Assembly: GCA_905181595.1 (NCBI GenBank)
Contig: CAJIYI010000001.1
Coordinates: 688,847-752,846 of the forward strand
Source of the DNA: an uncultured SAR86 cluster bacterium
GTDB taxonomy: Bacteria; Pseudomonadota; Gammaproteobacteria; Magnimaribacterales; D2472
Direction: 5' to 3'
Length of the DNA stretch: 64,000 nt
The notes under the pieces were generated by a model that saw nothing but the letters and a program-made list of their open reading frames with translations, was not told the DNA's origin and ran no database searches. Of the stretch, positions 53,962 through 64,000 are shown piece after piece; position 1 is the first letter of the stretch; each line of letters opens with the position of its first letter. Position numbers and translations under genes: made by a program.

Positions 53962-54559
53962 TACTTTTTCTCTTAAGTCTATTTAGACCTAAGCTCCTGC
54001 CTTCAATAAATAGTTTCATAAATACTTTCATTTCCTTGTCGGAAATCTTTAATGCTTGGGTAATGTATGGTTTTGATGCTGCTAAACCAAACTCCATTAC
54101 AGTAACTAAAGCTATAGCAGCTTTTTCTTCAGCCGATGGTTTTGATGCACCTCTTAACTTAGCCAATTCATTTAAGGTTTTCTTAGCCACTGATAGCCCT
54201 GAGTCTTGTTGAATTGTAAGCAAATCCATTTGGCCATCAAGCACTGCTCTAATTAGAGCATTAAAATAATTATCCGTTAGTTCAGAGAGAGGCTCTTCAC
54301 CTAAGTCCATGGCACTAATATTCCGCCTCTCTATTTGTTGCATGTGGGTAAAAGCTAATTGTTTGTAGGTTGCCTCAAGCAATCCCTGTTTACCACCAAA
54401 GTAATGATGAATTTGAGCATGATTTACTCCTGCATGCTCTGCAATATCTCTTATCGATAATCTCGAAGGGCCAATAGTCCCAAGTAACTCAGCCGCAGAA
54501 TCAATCAGTATTTTCTCGACGTTTTCTCTGCCCTTATACTTGTTTTTTATCTTGTCCAT
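53961..54559 (-). CDS. TetR/AcrR family transcriptional regulator
   Basis: LIDSAAELL...SIRDIAEHAGVNHAQIHHYFGGKQGL helix-turn-helix; true stop probably TAA overlapping the sulfatase ATG. Confidence 0.88.
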
Positions 54560-54565
54560 GTAATG

Positions 54566-56142
54566 TTATTTAGACAATTCGTTTTGAAGTTGTTCTGTGA
54601 GTTTTTCCATTTTAAATAAAAGATTCTCTTTATCACAACAACCATATATGTGTTTATCTGGTCTGACAATAACTGCAGATATTTGATTATCATTAATCCA
54701 CTTAAGTAATTTGCCGTCTGACATAAAAGGATGATTGGTATCGAATACGTGAATATTCTCATTAAAGAATTTCAAAGGATGACTAATTGAGAGTTTTTGC
54801 TTGAGGGATTCTTCATTGCTGAAAACTATAAGTGCAAATGAATCATTGATGTATTGATCAAATTTTTTATTTTCAACCTTTATATTAATATCAGGCTGGG
54901 GAATGATTACACCATTAACATTATTGGGATATAAATCTTTATCTATAATGCCGTTATTGAATTTCCAACTATATTGAAACTTTAAGGCCGATAAGGCAGC
55001 AGGGAATTTTTTAGCAATCGCAAAAAATGTATCTCTCATAAAGGACTTGAATCTATCCTGACTGCCAATGACTTCACCTTGCTTCATTGCTGTTCTGATC
55101 ATGAAATCATTAATCTCTTGTCTTTCTATATCATATGAATTCAAGACCATTGGATTAAATAGACCATTTCTTACGCCATCTAATTTCCAACATAAATTGT
55201 ATGAATCTTTGATGCCCTGACAAAGACCTTGACCAAGAAAAGGAGGTGTCTGATGAGCTGCATCACCAATTAAAAAACAGTTATTCAATTTAAAGTTTTC
55301 CACCAACAAGCCGTGAAAAGTATATTTACTTGAGCGTATAATTTTGCCACTATTAACATCGATTTTAGGATTAATTCTCCACAGATGAGGCTTCATCCAC
55401 TCTCTAATATTATCTTCTGCTTCCAATTGCGCGACATCATCGCTGGGATTTATTTTGAATTCCCATCGAATATGGTTATCAGTAATTGGTAAGAGGGTTG
55501 TTGGTCTTTTGTAGTCACAAATTTGATACCTAGCTTTGTCTAGAATTTCGTACTTATCATCAACCAAATAATCAACGACCACCCAATCTTGATCGCAACC
55601 ATAATCATGCATTTTTATGCCGAGATGCTTTCTTACAAAACTATCTGCACCATCAGCTCCAATTACATAGGTTGAAGTATAAGGAGTAATTTCATGAGTT
55701 TCTTGATTGGTTACCTCAAGGTTATTGTGATTCTCCAGCGCCTCTAAGTTGCTAAGGGATGATCCTAATTTAAATTCGATATTTTCATATTTTTGAGCGC
55801 GGTGTCTTAGGATTGATTCAAATTTTGGCTGATTGAACATAACGCCTTCATAATATCCATTTAGCTTAGGATGATCTTCAAAACCAACACTCAATAATGT
55901 CTTGCCATTTCTATTTAAGAAATTAACACCTTTAATAGGATCTATTATTTTTTCAACCTCATCAAAGATACCCATAGATTGAAAAATTCTTTGAGTTTGG
56001 CCATCAAAATGAACGGCTCTTGGTATATCCCAAATTTCTTTTTAGGATCAATTACTATAATGCTGAAACCTTTGTTGGCAAAAATATTTGCTGCAGCTGC
56101 ACCAACAGGACCAAAACCAATTATTGCTATATCAAAATGCAT
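54566..56142 (-). CDS. FAD-dependent aromatic hydroxylase (MhpA-like), frameshift near 56040
   Basis: GFGPVG, PRAVHFDG in the shifted frame, QPKFE, GADGADSFVR, GDAAHQTPPFLGQGLCQGIKD, VRPDKHIYG. Confidence 0.88.
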
Positions 56143-56182
56143 TAGTATGTATTTTTTATGAAATGATTAAATTGCTTTATTT

Positions 56183-56196
56183 TAGTCAACTGGTTA
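56183..56196. promoter_or_regulatory. Putative operator in the divergent hydroxylase/mmsA promoter
   Basis: TTAGTCAACTGGTTAGGA versus TTAGCCACTTGGTTAGGA at 49691. Confidence 0.55.
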
Positions 56197-56252
56197 GGAT
56201 AGTCAATCTAATTACTTGTGGCATTATAATACGATAGGGAGAGGAGAAAGAA

Positions 56253-57737
56253 ATGTATAAAGTTGATAATTACATAAACGGAGAGGGGTGTTCTGTCTCC
56301 AATGAATCTTCTAAAATAATCAATCCATCCTATGGCACGCAAATAGGAGAAGTCTTGTATGCCAACAATGAATCAGCTAATAGGGCTGTTGACGCAGCTT
56401 ATGAAGCATCTAAGTTATGGGCAAAAACTGGATTAAGCTATCGAGCTGAATTAATCCTTAAGTTTAGACAAGGCATAATTAATAGATCAACTGAAATAGT
56501 GGATATATGTGTTAGCGAAGCTGGTAAAACTCGACCGGATGCTGAGGCTGAGCTTGATAGAGCAGTGCAAGCTTTAACCCATGCTTCAGGAGTCCAGCAT
56601 TTTTTAACAACCAACTTTAGTCAAAACGTTGCGGGCGGAATAGATATTGCAGATTTAAGGTTTCCAATTGGGGTTATTGCTGGAGTAGGACCTTTTAATT
56701 TTCCAATTTTAATTCCTATATTGCATAGCGCTATGGCTATAGTTACAGGCAATACTTACATAGCCAAGCCAAGCGAAAAAGTTCCCTCAATCTCAAGATT
56801 ATTTGCAGATATATGGAATGCAGCTGGATTGCCGGATGGTTGTTTTAATGTTCTCAATGGGCAAAAAGAAATAGTAGAACTTTTGGTTCGTCATGAAAAA
56901 GTTGCAGGTCTAGCTTTCATCGGCAGCACGGCAGCTGCCAAAAGTCTAAAAATGCTCGGTGTTGAGCACAACACTAAAGTTCAAGCTCTTGGAGGAGGCA
57001 AAAATCATATGATTGTTCTTCCTGATGCTGACTTAGACATGTCAGCAGATGCTGCGGTGTCTGCAAGCTTTGGTGCTGCAGGTCAAAGATGCATGGCTGT
57101 ATCTGTTGTTGTTGCTGTTGGAGATATTGCAGATGATTTAATCTCAAAAATTCAAACAAGAATACCAAACCTAGTGATGGGTGTGACCGATGATGCTAAC
57201 ACTCAACTCGGACCAGTGATCTCAAAAGAGAATAGAGATAAAATCTACTCATTTATTGAGAGTGCTGAACCCGATGGAGCATCAGTTGTAATTGATGGAA
57301 GGAAGAGATCTGATGAGTTAAATGGATGCTTTGTTGGGCCCACTCTAATAGATCATGTCAAACCGGGAATGTCTGTATACGAAAATGAAATATTTGGTCC
57401 TGTATTGTGTTTTGTAAGGGCTGAAACTTACGATGAAGCTATGGAAATTACGCATGGTCATAAACTAGGAAATGGTGCTGCTTTATTTACCAGAGATGGA
57501 GGCGTTGCCAAAAAATGGTCTGAAGAAATTCAAGCTGGTTCAGTTGGTATAAATGTTCCAATTCCATTACCCACATATTCTCATAGCTTTGGAGGCTGGA
57601 AGGATAGCGGTTTCTCAGAGACCAAAGCATTTGGGCCATCATCTATTGATTTTTATACACAAACAAAATCTTTAACTACCCGTTGGCCTAATCCAGCGGA
57701 TAGTAAAGTTGATTTAGGTTTCCCTAGAAATGATTAA
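56253..57737 (+). CDS. mmsA: CoA-acylating (methyl)malonate-semialdehyde dehydrogenase
   Basis: PFNFP, KPSEKVP, GGKNHMIVLPDAD, FGAAGQRCMA, EIFGPVL, VGINVPIPLP, FGGWKDS, TTRWP. Confidence 0.88.
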   Translation: MYKVDNYINGEGCSVSNESSKIINPSYGTQIGEVLYANNESANRAVDAAYEASKLWAKTGLSYRAELILKFRQGIINRSTEIVDICVSEAGKTRPDAEAELDRAVQALTHASGVQHFLTTNFSQNVAGGIDIADLRFPIGVIAGVGPFNFPILIPILHSAMAIVTGNTYIAKPSEKVPSISRLFADIWNAAGLPDGCFNVLNGQKEIVELLVRHEKVAGLAFIGSTAAAKSLKMLGVEHNTKVQALGGGKNHMIVLPDADLDMSADAAVSASFGAAGQRCMAVSVVVAVGDIADDLISKIQTRIPNLVMGVTDDANTQLGPVISKENRDKIYSFIESAEPDGASVVIDGRKRSDELNGCFVGPTLIDHVKPGMSVYENEIFGPVLCFVRAETYDEAMEITHGHKLGNGAALFTRDGGVAKKWSEEIQAGSVGINVPIPLPTYSHSFGGWKDSGFSETKAFGPSSIDFYTQTKSLTTRWPNPADSKVDLGFPRND

Positions 57738-57790
57738 TTAATGGTCAGAGTAAATCTGTCGACGGCAGCAGCTCTGATTATCTTTTATGA

Positions 57791-57910
57791 GATATAGTCG
57801 AGACTTGGGCAAACACTAAACAAGTCGCTGTAAAAGGTAACCATTTAATTTAAGAAGATACACCAGAGGATATTAAAAGGTACGTTAAAGACATTCTAGT
57901 ATCTTTATAG
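57791..57910 (+). pseudogene. C-terminal remnant of a haloalkane dehalogenase-like alpha/beta hydrolase
   Basis: Reads DIVETWANTKQVAVKGNHLI*EDTPEDIKRYVKDILVSL, resembling the LinB/DhaA C-terminus (TWPNQTE..V.G.HF.QEDSPDEIG); internal TAA where CAA (Gln) is expected. Confidence 0.6.
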
Positions 57911-57928
57911 TTATATCCTAATCGCATA

Positions 57929-57956
57929 ATTTAACATAATATATATTATGCGAAGT
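57929..57956 (-). other. dif: XerCD dif recombination site
   Basis: Reverse complement ACTTCGCATAA-TATATA-TTATGTTAAAT: XerD arm identical to E. coli dif, XerC arm conserved in CGCATAA, 6-bp spacer; intergenic. Confidence 0.9.
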
Positions 57957-58089
57957 TAATATTAGTCTTAGGCCTATTATCTCTGTCAATCCCCCTTTTT
58001 GAGGAATCAATCATTTATTACATGAACCTAGTTAATAGTAATAATGAAACTAACACTATGGCTATGATATTTTTAGTAGATTTCTTCAT

Positions 58090-59678
58090 TTAATTGTTAC
58101 TTCCATTATATCCTGGGCCTCGAAGAACCCTACCAGGCTTATTTCCATTATGAACACCTTGATCAATAACAATTTCCCCATTAACTATTACTGAGATAAC
58201 TCCAACTGCATACTGATGCGGATCCTCGAATGTTGCTTTATCTAGTATGGTTTTAGGATCAAATATAGCTATATCCGCATAATAACCCTCTTTAATTAGC
58301 CCTCTTTGTTTTATGGACAATATTTGTGCTGGCAAGCTGGTCATTTTTCTTACAGCTTCTTCTAAGCTTAAAATATTGCGTTCTCTGACGTAACTACCTA
58401 ATACGCGGGCAAAAGTACCATAGGTTCTAGGATGTGGTGAGCCAACACCAAAGACTGTCATAGGACCATCAGATGCTATAGATGTCATTGGATGCTGCAT
58501 GATTAAATCAACGTCATCAGAATTAATAGCGTGATAGACAGCTGAGGCACCTCCTCCTTTAATTATGTCAAAGACAACCATTGCTGCGTTGTAAGGACTT
58601 GGCTCTAGATCTCTTTCAATACAAAGCTCAGCAAGGTTCTTACCTTCCAGTGATGTATTCCAAGAGCTCTTTGAGATAAAGATATTTTTAGGGTGCCCGC
58701 CGCCTCTATCAAATAATATCCTCTCAATAATTTCATCTACTATTAGTTTGCGCGTCTTGGGATCATCTATGCGTTGAAGAAGGTCTATTCTGCCACCAGC
58801 TTGAGCCCATTGAGGTATCAAGGCTCTAATAGACGTTTGGGATGCAGTATATGGATATTGATCAATACTGACTTGAACACCATCTTTAATAGCATTATCC
58901 ACCAACTTCAAAGTTTCCTTTGATAGACCCCAATTCTCTTTGCCTATGATCTTATGGTGAGTTATCTGAACTGGAATCTTAGCTTTAATGCCAATATTGA
59001 TAGTTTCATTGATTGATTTCAAGACATCGACTGCCTCTTCCCTCATATGAGAGATATAGATTCCACCATAGCGAGAAGCAACCTTAGATAGTTCAATTAC
59101 CTCGCTAGTTGAAGAGAAGCTTCCAGGCACATAGAAAAGACCAGTAGATATGCCCAAAGCGCCCTCTTCCATAGCTTCTTTAACCATCAACTTCATCTTG
59201 AATAGCTCAGAAGCTGTCGGATCTCTGTTCTCCAGACCCATAACCTCTTGCCTAATTGTCCCTTGACCAACAAATACCGCCCAATTTGGACTAATTTCTA
59301 GTATTTTCTATTTTTTGGTAATGCTCTTTAATTGGAAACGGGGATGTCCCGTCATTCCCATCAGTTAGGGTTGTTACTCCTTGCAGCAATGAACTTTCAG
59401 CCGTAGGAACATCAAAAATACCTCTAATTGCGTGAGTATGTGAATCTATAAAACCTGGAGATACAATTAAATTATCAGCATTTATGATGTCGAACTGATT
59501 TAGACGTTGATAGATCTCCTATCTTTACAATACGATCATCAACAATTCCTATATCAGCTTGATAGCTCATCTGCCCAGAACCATCAACTATAGTTCCATT
59601 AGATATTATTATGTCGAATTCATTTTTTGAACATCCAACAAAGATAAAAGAAATTATTATTAATTGAGCTATTTTCAT
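58090..59678 (-). CDS. N-acyl-D-amino-acid deacylase (D-aminoacylase), lipoprotein, frameshifted in the 5' part
   Basis: FVGC lipobox, IVDGSG, PGFIDSHTH, QGVTT, GISTGLFYVPG, SHMREE, DQYPY, HPRTYGTF, EAVRKMTSLPA. Confidence 0.88.
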
Positions 59679-59790
59679 CTATTGATATTACATTATTTTG
59701 GATATTCTAAAAAATTTACTAAGCAGTAAAATTCTAGTAGTATTTATACCTATAATTTTAATTATGAAATATTTAATTTTGGAGAAAATT

Positions 59791-60193
59791 ATGGAATCAG
59801 ATATATGGATGTCTTTACACACAGCACGAATTGCTAATGCTGCTTTTTTTCTATCGATCATGGTGTCGATCTGGATTAGCAGCAAGATTTTCGTCTGTTG
59901 CAGCTGAGAAAGGTGTAAATATGGTCGGAAAAATTATTTGCTCTCTTTTTGCTCTAGGTGTATTTATGGGCAACTGGGTTGTTGGCTCGACTGTTATGAA
60001 TACTTACAGTGGTTTTGCTAAAGCCTTTGAGATGCTTGGGGAAACTGGTGCTGAACTATCACCAATGGCAACTGGGTACATTGCATACTTTGGAACTGAG
60101 GCAACAGGAATGCCTAACCCTGTAATGATGTTGGTAGGCGTGACAGGTCTTCTAATAGCCCTATCACCTCTTTGGTTTAATACTAGCGACTAA
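59791..60193 (+). CDS. Hypothetical membrane protein, frameshifted near 59875
   Basis: GGAG RBS before ATG 59791; MESDIWMSL...SIW joins ARFSSVAAEKG...LWFNTSD. Confidence 0.6.
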
Positions 60194-60208
60194 TAAGAGG
60201 CTGTGTAT

Positions 60209-60239
60209 AAAAAAGGCCCGTATCTAGCGGGCTTTTTTT
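60209..60239. terminator. Bidirectional Rho-independent terminator
   Basis: AAAAAAGGCCCG-TATCTAG-CGGGCTTTTTTT between convergent genes. Confidence 0.85.
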
Positions 60240-60246
60240 GGCTTAT

Positions 60247-61133
60247 TTAATATTCTAGTAATTTGATGAGGCTAGAAGTATCTAATTGGCCATCTCCAAG
60301 CGTTGATAACTTCTTATAGTTCTGAAGAACGGATTTAGTTGAAGGCAATTTAATACCGAGATCCTTTGAGTGATCTAAAGCAATTTTGAGGTCTTTGATC
60401 ATAAGATCTACCGCAAAACCAAAATCAAATTCACCATTAACCATTGTTTTAAATCGATTATCCATCTGCCAGGATTGAGCAGCGCCTCCAGAAATAGCAT
60501 CAAGAACTTTAGTCATATTTAAATTAGACTTTCTTGCCTAGGGCCACTCCCTCAGATAAACCTTGAATGAGACTACCTATACATAGCTGATTAACCATTT
60601 TGGTTAATTGACCATGACCGCTTGGCCCAATATGAACGATGTTCTTTGCATATGAATCCATAAGGTTATTAATTTGTAGAAGTTTTTTCTTAGGTCCTCC
60701 AAGCATAATAGATAAAGCACCATTTACTGCACCAGCCTCTCCCCCACTAACAGGAGCATCAAAAAATGATATTTTTTTATCTAGGATTTTAGGATGCTGA
60801 GAGATTGTTGTAACTAAGTTCTAAGGATGTTGTTGAGTGATCAACAATAAAAGAATTAGTTTTAAGAAAGTCTAGAAAGCCACTTTCAAGAATTACAGAA
60901 GGAATAGAAGCGTCATCCTTTAAGCATGTTATCAACCCATCAAATTTAACGGAGCAGTTATCAAGGTCTATGAGTTGAGTCCCATTATATTTCTTAACCC
61001 ATTTTGCCGAGACTGCTGATGTTCTATTAAACACATAAATATCTAGATTACGATTCTTGGATAGATGACCAGCCATGGGAAAACCCATGGTTCCAAGGCC
61101 TGCAAATAGGTATTTCGGCTTAGATTTTTGCAA
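60247..61133 (-). CDS. 3-hydroxyisobutyrate/tartronate-semialdehyde dehydrogenase family oxidoreductase, frameshifted
   Basis: GLGTMGFPMAGHL, DAPVSGG, GQLTKMVNQ, GAAQSWQM, FGFAVDLMIKDL. Confidence 0.85.
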
Positions 61134-61596
61134 GCTGTGATTCCGCAGATGACACATCAAGAGCACCGCCCTCTTCTACGTCTATCGATTTGATAACGCT
61201 ATTCTCAATAGCCATAGCAAACCTCATGCATCGCTTGCCAAGACCAAATCCAGATGCATCCATCACCAATTCAAGTGCTTCTGTTAACTCGCCATTTCCA
61301 TCAGCAATCATGTCAATGCCATTAGCATTAGAGGCTTCAGACCATGCCTTCATAACAAAGGGATCATTCACTGATATGAAGACAACTGAATACCCTTTAG
61401 CTTCAAAACTAGAAAGATGCTCTATGTAACCTGGTAAATGTGACACATGACAAGTAGGTGTAAAGGCTCCTGGAACTCCTACTAGCATTACTTTTTTGTC
61501 AGCCAAGTACTCGGATGAATCAACCTCTTGTAATTCACCGGCCACAACCAGGCGTAATGTTTGAACTGGAAAATTGCTGTTAACTTCTATGGTCAT
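61120..61596 (-). CDS. Peroxiredoxin (Prx5-like)
   Basis: VPGAFTPTCHVSHLPGY, VNDPFVMKAW, ADGNGE. Confidence 0.92.
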   Translation of the reverse strand: MTIEVNSNFPVQTLRLVVAGELQEVDSSEYLADKKVMLVGVPGAFTPTCHVSHLPGYIEHLSSFEAKGYSVVFISVNDPFVMKAWSEASNANGIDMIADGNGELTEALELVMDASGFGLGKRCMRFAMAIENSVIKSIDVEEGGALDVSSAESQLAKI

Positions 61597-61665
61597 AATA
61601 ACTCCTTTAATTTTTATAAATTCTAACCTATTTTAAGCGATAGTATATTTATATTCTTGTTCTAT

Positions 61666-61685
61666 TGTTTTAGCATGCTAAAACA
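61666..61685. promoter_or_regulatory. Perfect 20-bp palindrome, putative HisR/YerC operator
   Basis: TGTTTTAGCATGCTAAAACA, 15 bp before the regulator ATG. Confidence 0.7.
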
Positions 61686-61700
61686 GATAGAATCCTTTTT

Positions 61701-61961
61701 ATGAAATTACCAAATATTATAAATGAACTTAAATCACCGAAAGAAGTTGAAAACTTCATAAAAGATTTATGCACTCCATCAGAGATAAAAGCAATAAATG
61801 AAAGATGGGAAGTTGCGCAATTGCTCTATAAGAAAGATAAAAGTTATAGAGAGATTGCTGCCGAATTAAAGACATCAACAGCAACCGTTACACGAGTAGC
61901 AAGATTCCTATTTTCTGAGTCAAATAATGGGTATCAAAATGCATTTAAAAGAATCAAATGA
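61701..61961 (+). CDS. YerC/YecD (TrpR-like, HisR) regulator
   Basis: [11 protein letters not shown]...ERWEVAQLL...SYREIA...[10 protein letters not shown]. Confidence 0.88.
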   Translation: MKLPNIINELKSPKEVENFIKDLCTPSEIKAINERWEVAQLLYKKDKSYREIAAELKTSTATVTRVARFLFSESNNGYQNAFKRIK

Positions 61962-62830
61962 AAGATAAAAAAATTACTATCGCAATACAGAAATCAGGCA
62001 GGCTATCAGATAATAGCAAAAATTTATTAGAGAAGTCTGGCATTAATTTTCGTACATCAGGTGAGAAACTTTTAGCTCGATCTTCAAATATGAACATAGA
62101 TATCTTACTTGTTCGTGATGATGATATTCCCTCACTTGTTTCTAAGGGTGTGGCTGATTTAGGTATTGTCGGTGAAAATGTCTTAGCAGAACAGACGGCA
62201 ACAAATACTCAACTCAAAGCTCATACTATTTTATCTTTAGGTTTTTCAAGAGTGCTCATTGGCATTCGCAAAACCCTCCTCCTCAAGAATGAAAAATTTA
62301 AGCAATAAGGCTATTGCAACGTCTTATCCTGGTCTTAGTTAAAAAATACTCTAAAGCAAAATAATATCAAAGCAGAAATTATTAAAATTAATGGTTCTGT
62401 GGAGTTAACACCCTATATTGGGATAGCAGACTGTATATGCGATCTCGTCTCCTCTGGCGCAACCTTAGAGGCTAATAACCTTATTCAATTTAAGACTCTG
62501 ATGACCTCTGAAGCTGTTCTCATTGCAAATGAGAGGAGAAAGAATATACAAGAACCAAAGGTTTTAAGTTTAGTAAAGAGGTTTGAGGGAGTTATTAACG
62601 CAGCAGAAAGTAAATACGTGATGCTGAATGCCGAAGAAAAATCGATTAATAGAATTTGTAAACTACTGCCAGGAGCAGATTCCCCAACCATTATTCCCTT
62701 ACAAGAAAAAGGCAAAGTTGCGATTCATGCTCTCTGCACTGAGCCGGTCTTCTGGGAGACTATGGAGAATTTAAAGATCAGTGGAGCATCATCAATTTTG
62801 GTTATGCCTGTAGAAAAAATTCTTTACTAA
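61958..62830 (+). CDS. hisG: ATP phosphoribosyltransferase (long form), frameshifted
   Basis: [45 protein letters not shown]-terminal regulatory domain. Confidence 0.92.
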
Positions 62831-62831
62831 G

Positions 62832-64000
62832 ATGAAATTAATTAATAGATCTACTAATACAAAATCCATCAATTGGTTTTCTTCATCAGACTCCAATCGT
62901 GAAATTGAGTCCGTGGTGAAAGATTTTAAAGATTTAATTCTTGCAAAAGGCACTCCTGCATTAAATGCTATCAACAAACAATTGGGGCTGAAAGAGCTCA
63001 AATCTTATAAAGTTACCTCAAGAGAAATTAGTGCTTCAGAACAAGCTGTTTCTGATGAGCTTAAAGAGCGCAATTTTAACAGCATCTAAAAATATCCAAC
63101 TTGTGTGTGAGAGCGAAAAAATCAATCTTTCTTCAAGTCCCATTGAAACTACCAAAGGGATTAACATATGGAAAGAGTTTAGATCTATTGATTCTGTTGG
63201 TCTTTACGTTCCTGGTGGGACAGCCCCATTAATATCATCTTTATTGATGCAAATTATTCCAGCAACCGTTGCTGGGTGTTCAAATATTGTTGTTTGCTCA
63301 CCTCCAGATATCGAGGGAAAGATTTCCCCTGAGATCTTATGGATTTGTAAATTATTCAACGTCAATAATATTTATAAGGTTGGTGGAGCCCAAGCAATCC
63401 TTGCGATGGCTTATGGGACTACGATAGTTCCCAAAGTTTCAAAAATCTTTGGCCCTGGCAATGCTTATGTAAGCTTCGCAAAGGAACTAGTATCTAAGGA
63501 TGTAGCGATAGATTTACCAGCAGGCCCCAGCGAAGTCATGATTGTTACAAATGATCTTAATAATGCTGCTTTAGCTGCGGCGGATGCCTTGTCTCAGCTT
63601 GAACATGGAGTTGATTCAAAGGCCTTTGTTGTTTCTCAAAATCTAAATGTTTTAAAAAAGGTAAAGTCCGAGGCGCTCAAGCAAAAAAAGAAATTAAAGC
63701 GAGAGTCCATTTTAAGTGAGAGCATAAAAAATCTCATTCTTATTAAATCTAAATCTTTTACTGATACCTCTCTGCTCATCAATGAATGCGCACCAGAGCA
63801 TTTAATTTTACTTGATGAGGACTTTGCTAGGTACCTTCCAACTATTAAGAATGCTGGATCAATATTTTGCGGCTCCCTATCCCCTGAATCATTTGGAGAT
63901 TATGCCTCTGGTTCAAATCATGTCCTCCCAACAAACGGAAAGGCAAAAACTTATTCAGGCCTAGGCATCAAAGATTTTGGTAAACAGATTTCTGTACAAG
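62832..64000 (+). CDS. hisD: Histidinol dehydrogenase, frameshift near 63070, 3' truncated by the window
   Basis: VGLYVPGGTAPL, GGAQAILAMAYGT, KIFGPGNAYV, DLPAGPSEV, LSQLEHG, APEHL, GDYASGSNHVLPT. Confidence 0.93.

Noticed and set aside
61958-64000. hisG and hisD as pseudogenes or programmed frameshifts
   Set aside because: Motifs are conserved on both sides of each break, no slippery site or stimulator is evident, and similar indels occur throughout the window
1-64000. CRISPR arrays, rRNA genes, IS elements, defence systems
   Set aside because: No regularly spaced repeats, rRNA-like sequence, transposase or nuclease motifs were seen by eye; weak or short elements could have been missed

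Overview
AT-rich, gene-dense bacterial chromosome segment. Gene content (TonB-dependent receptor, lipid and peptide catabolism, very short intergenic gaps) suggests a streamlined marine Gammaproteobacterium such as SAR86; this taxonomy is inference. Many genes near the window ends carry single-base frameshifts that look like long-read consensus errors. In order: lipid/peptide scavenging genes with a higher-GC BCCT-betA insert (1-18 kb); a small islet next to tRNA-Arg(ACG); a c-di-GMP/phosphorelay cluster (19.8-26.2 kb); a module resembling the mycobacterial sterol-catabolism locus (29-37.5 kb); a complete coenzyme F420 biosynthesis operon, fno-cofE-cofD-cofC-fbiC (37.7-43 kb); a TetR-controlled aromatic-catabolism cluster (45.3-57.7 kb) ending at a dehalogenase remnant and a XerCD dif site (57929-57956); and the start of the his operon, preceded by a YerC/HisR-type regulator and a perfect 20-bp palindrome. 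All protein family calls come from motif recognition by eye, not from database searches.
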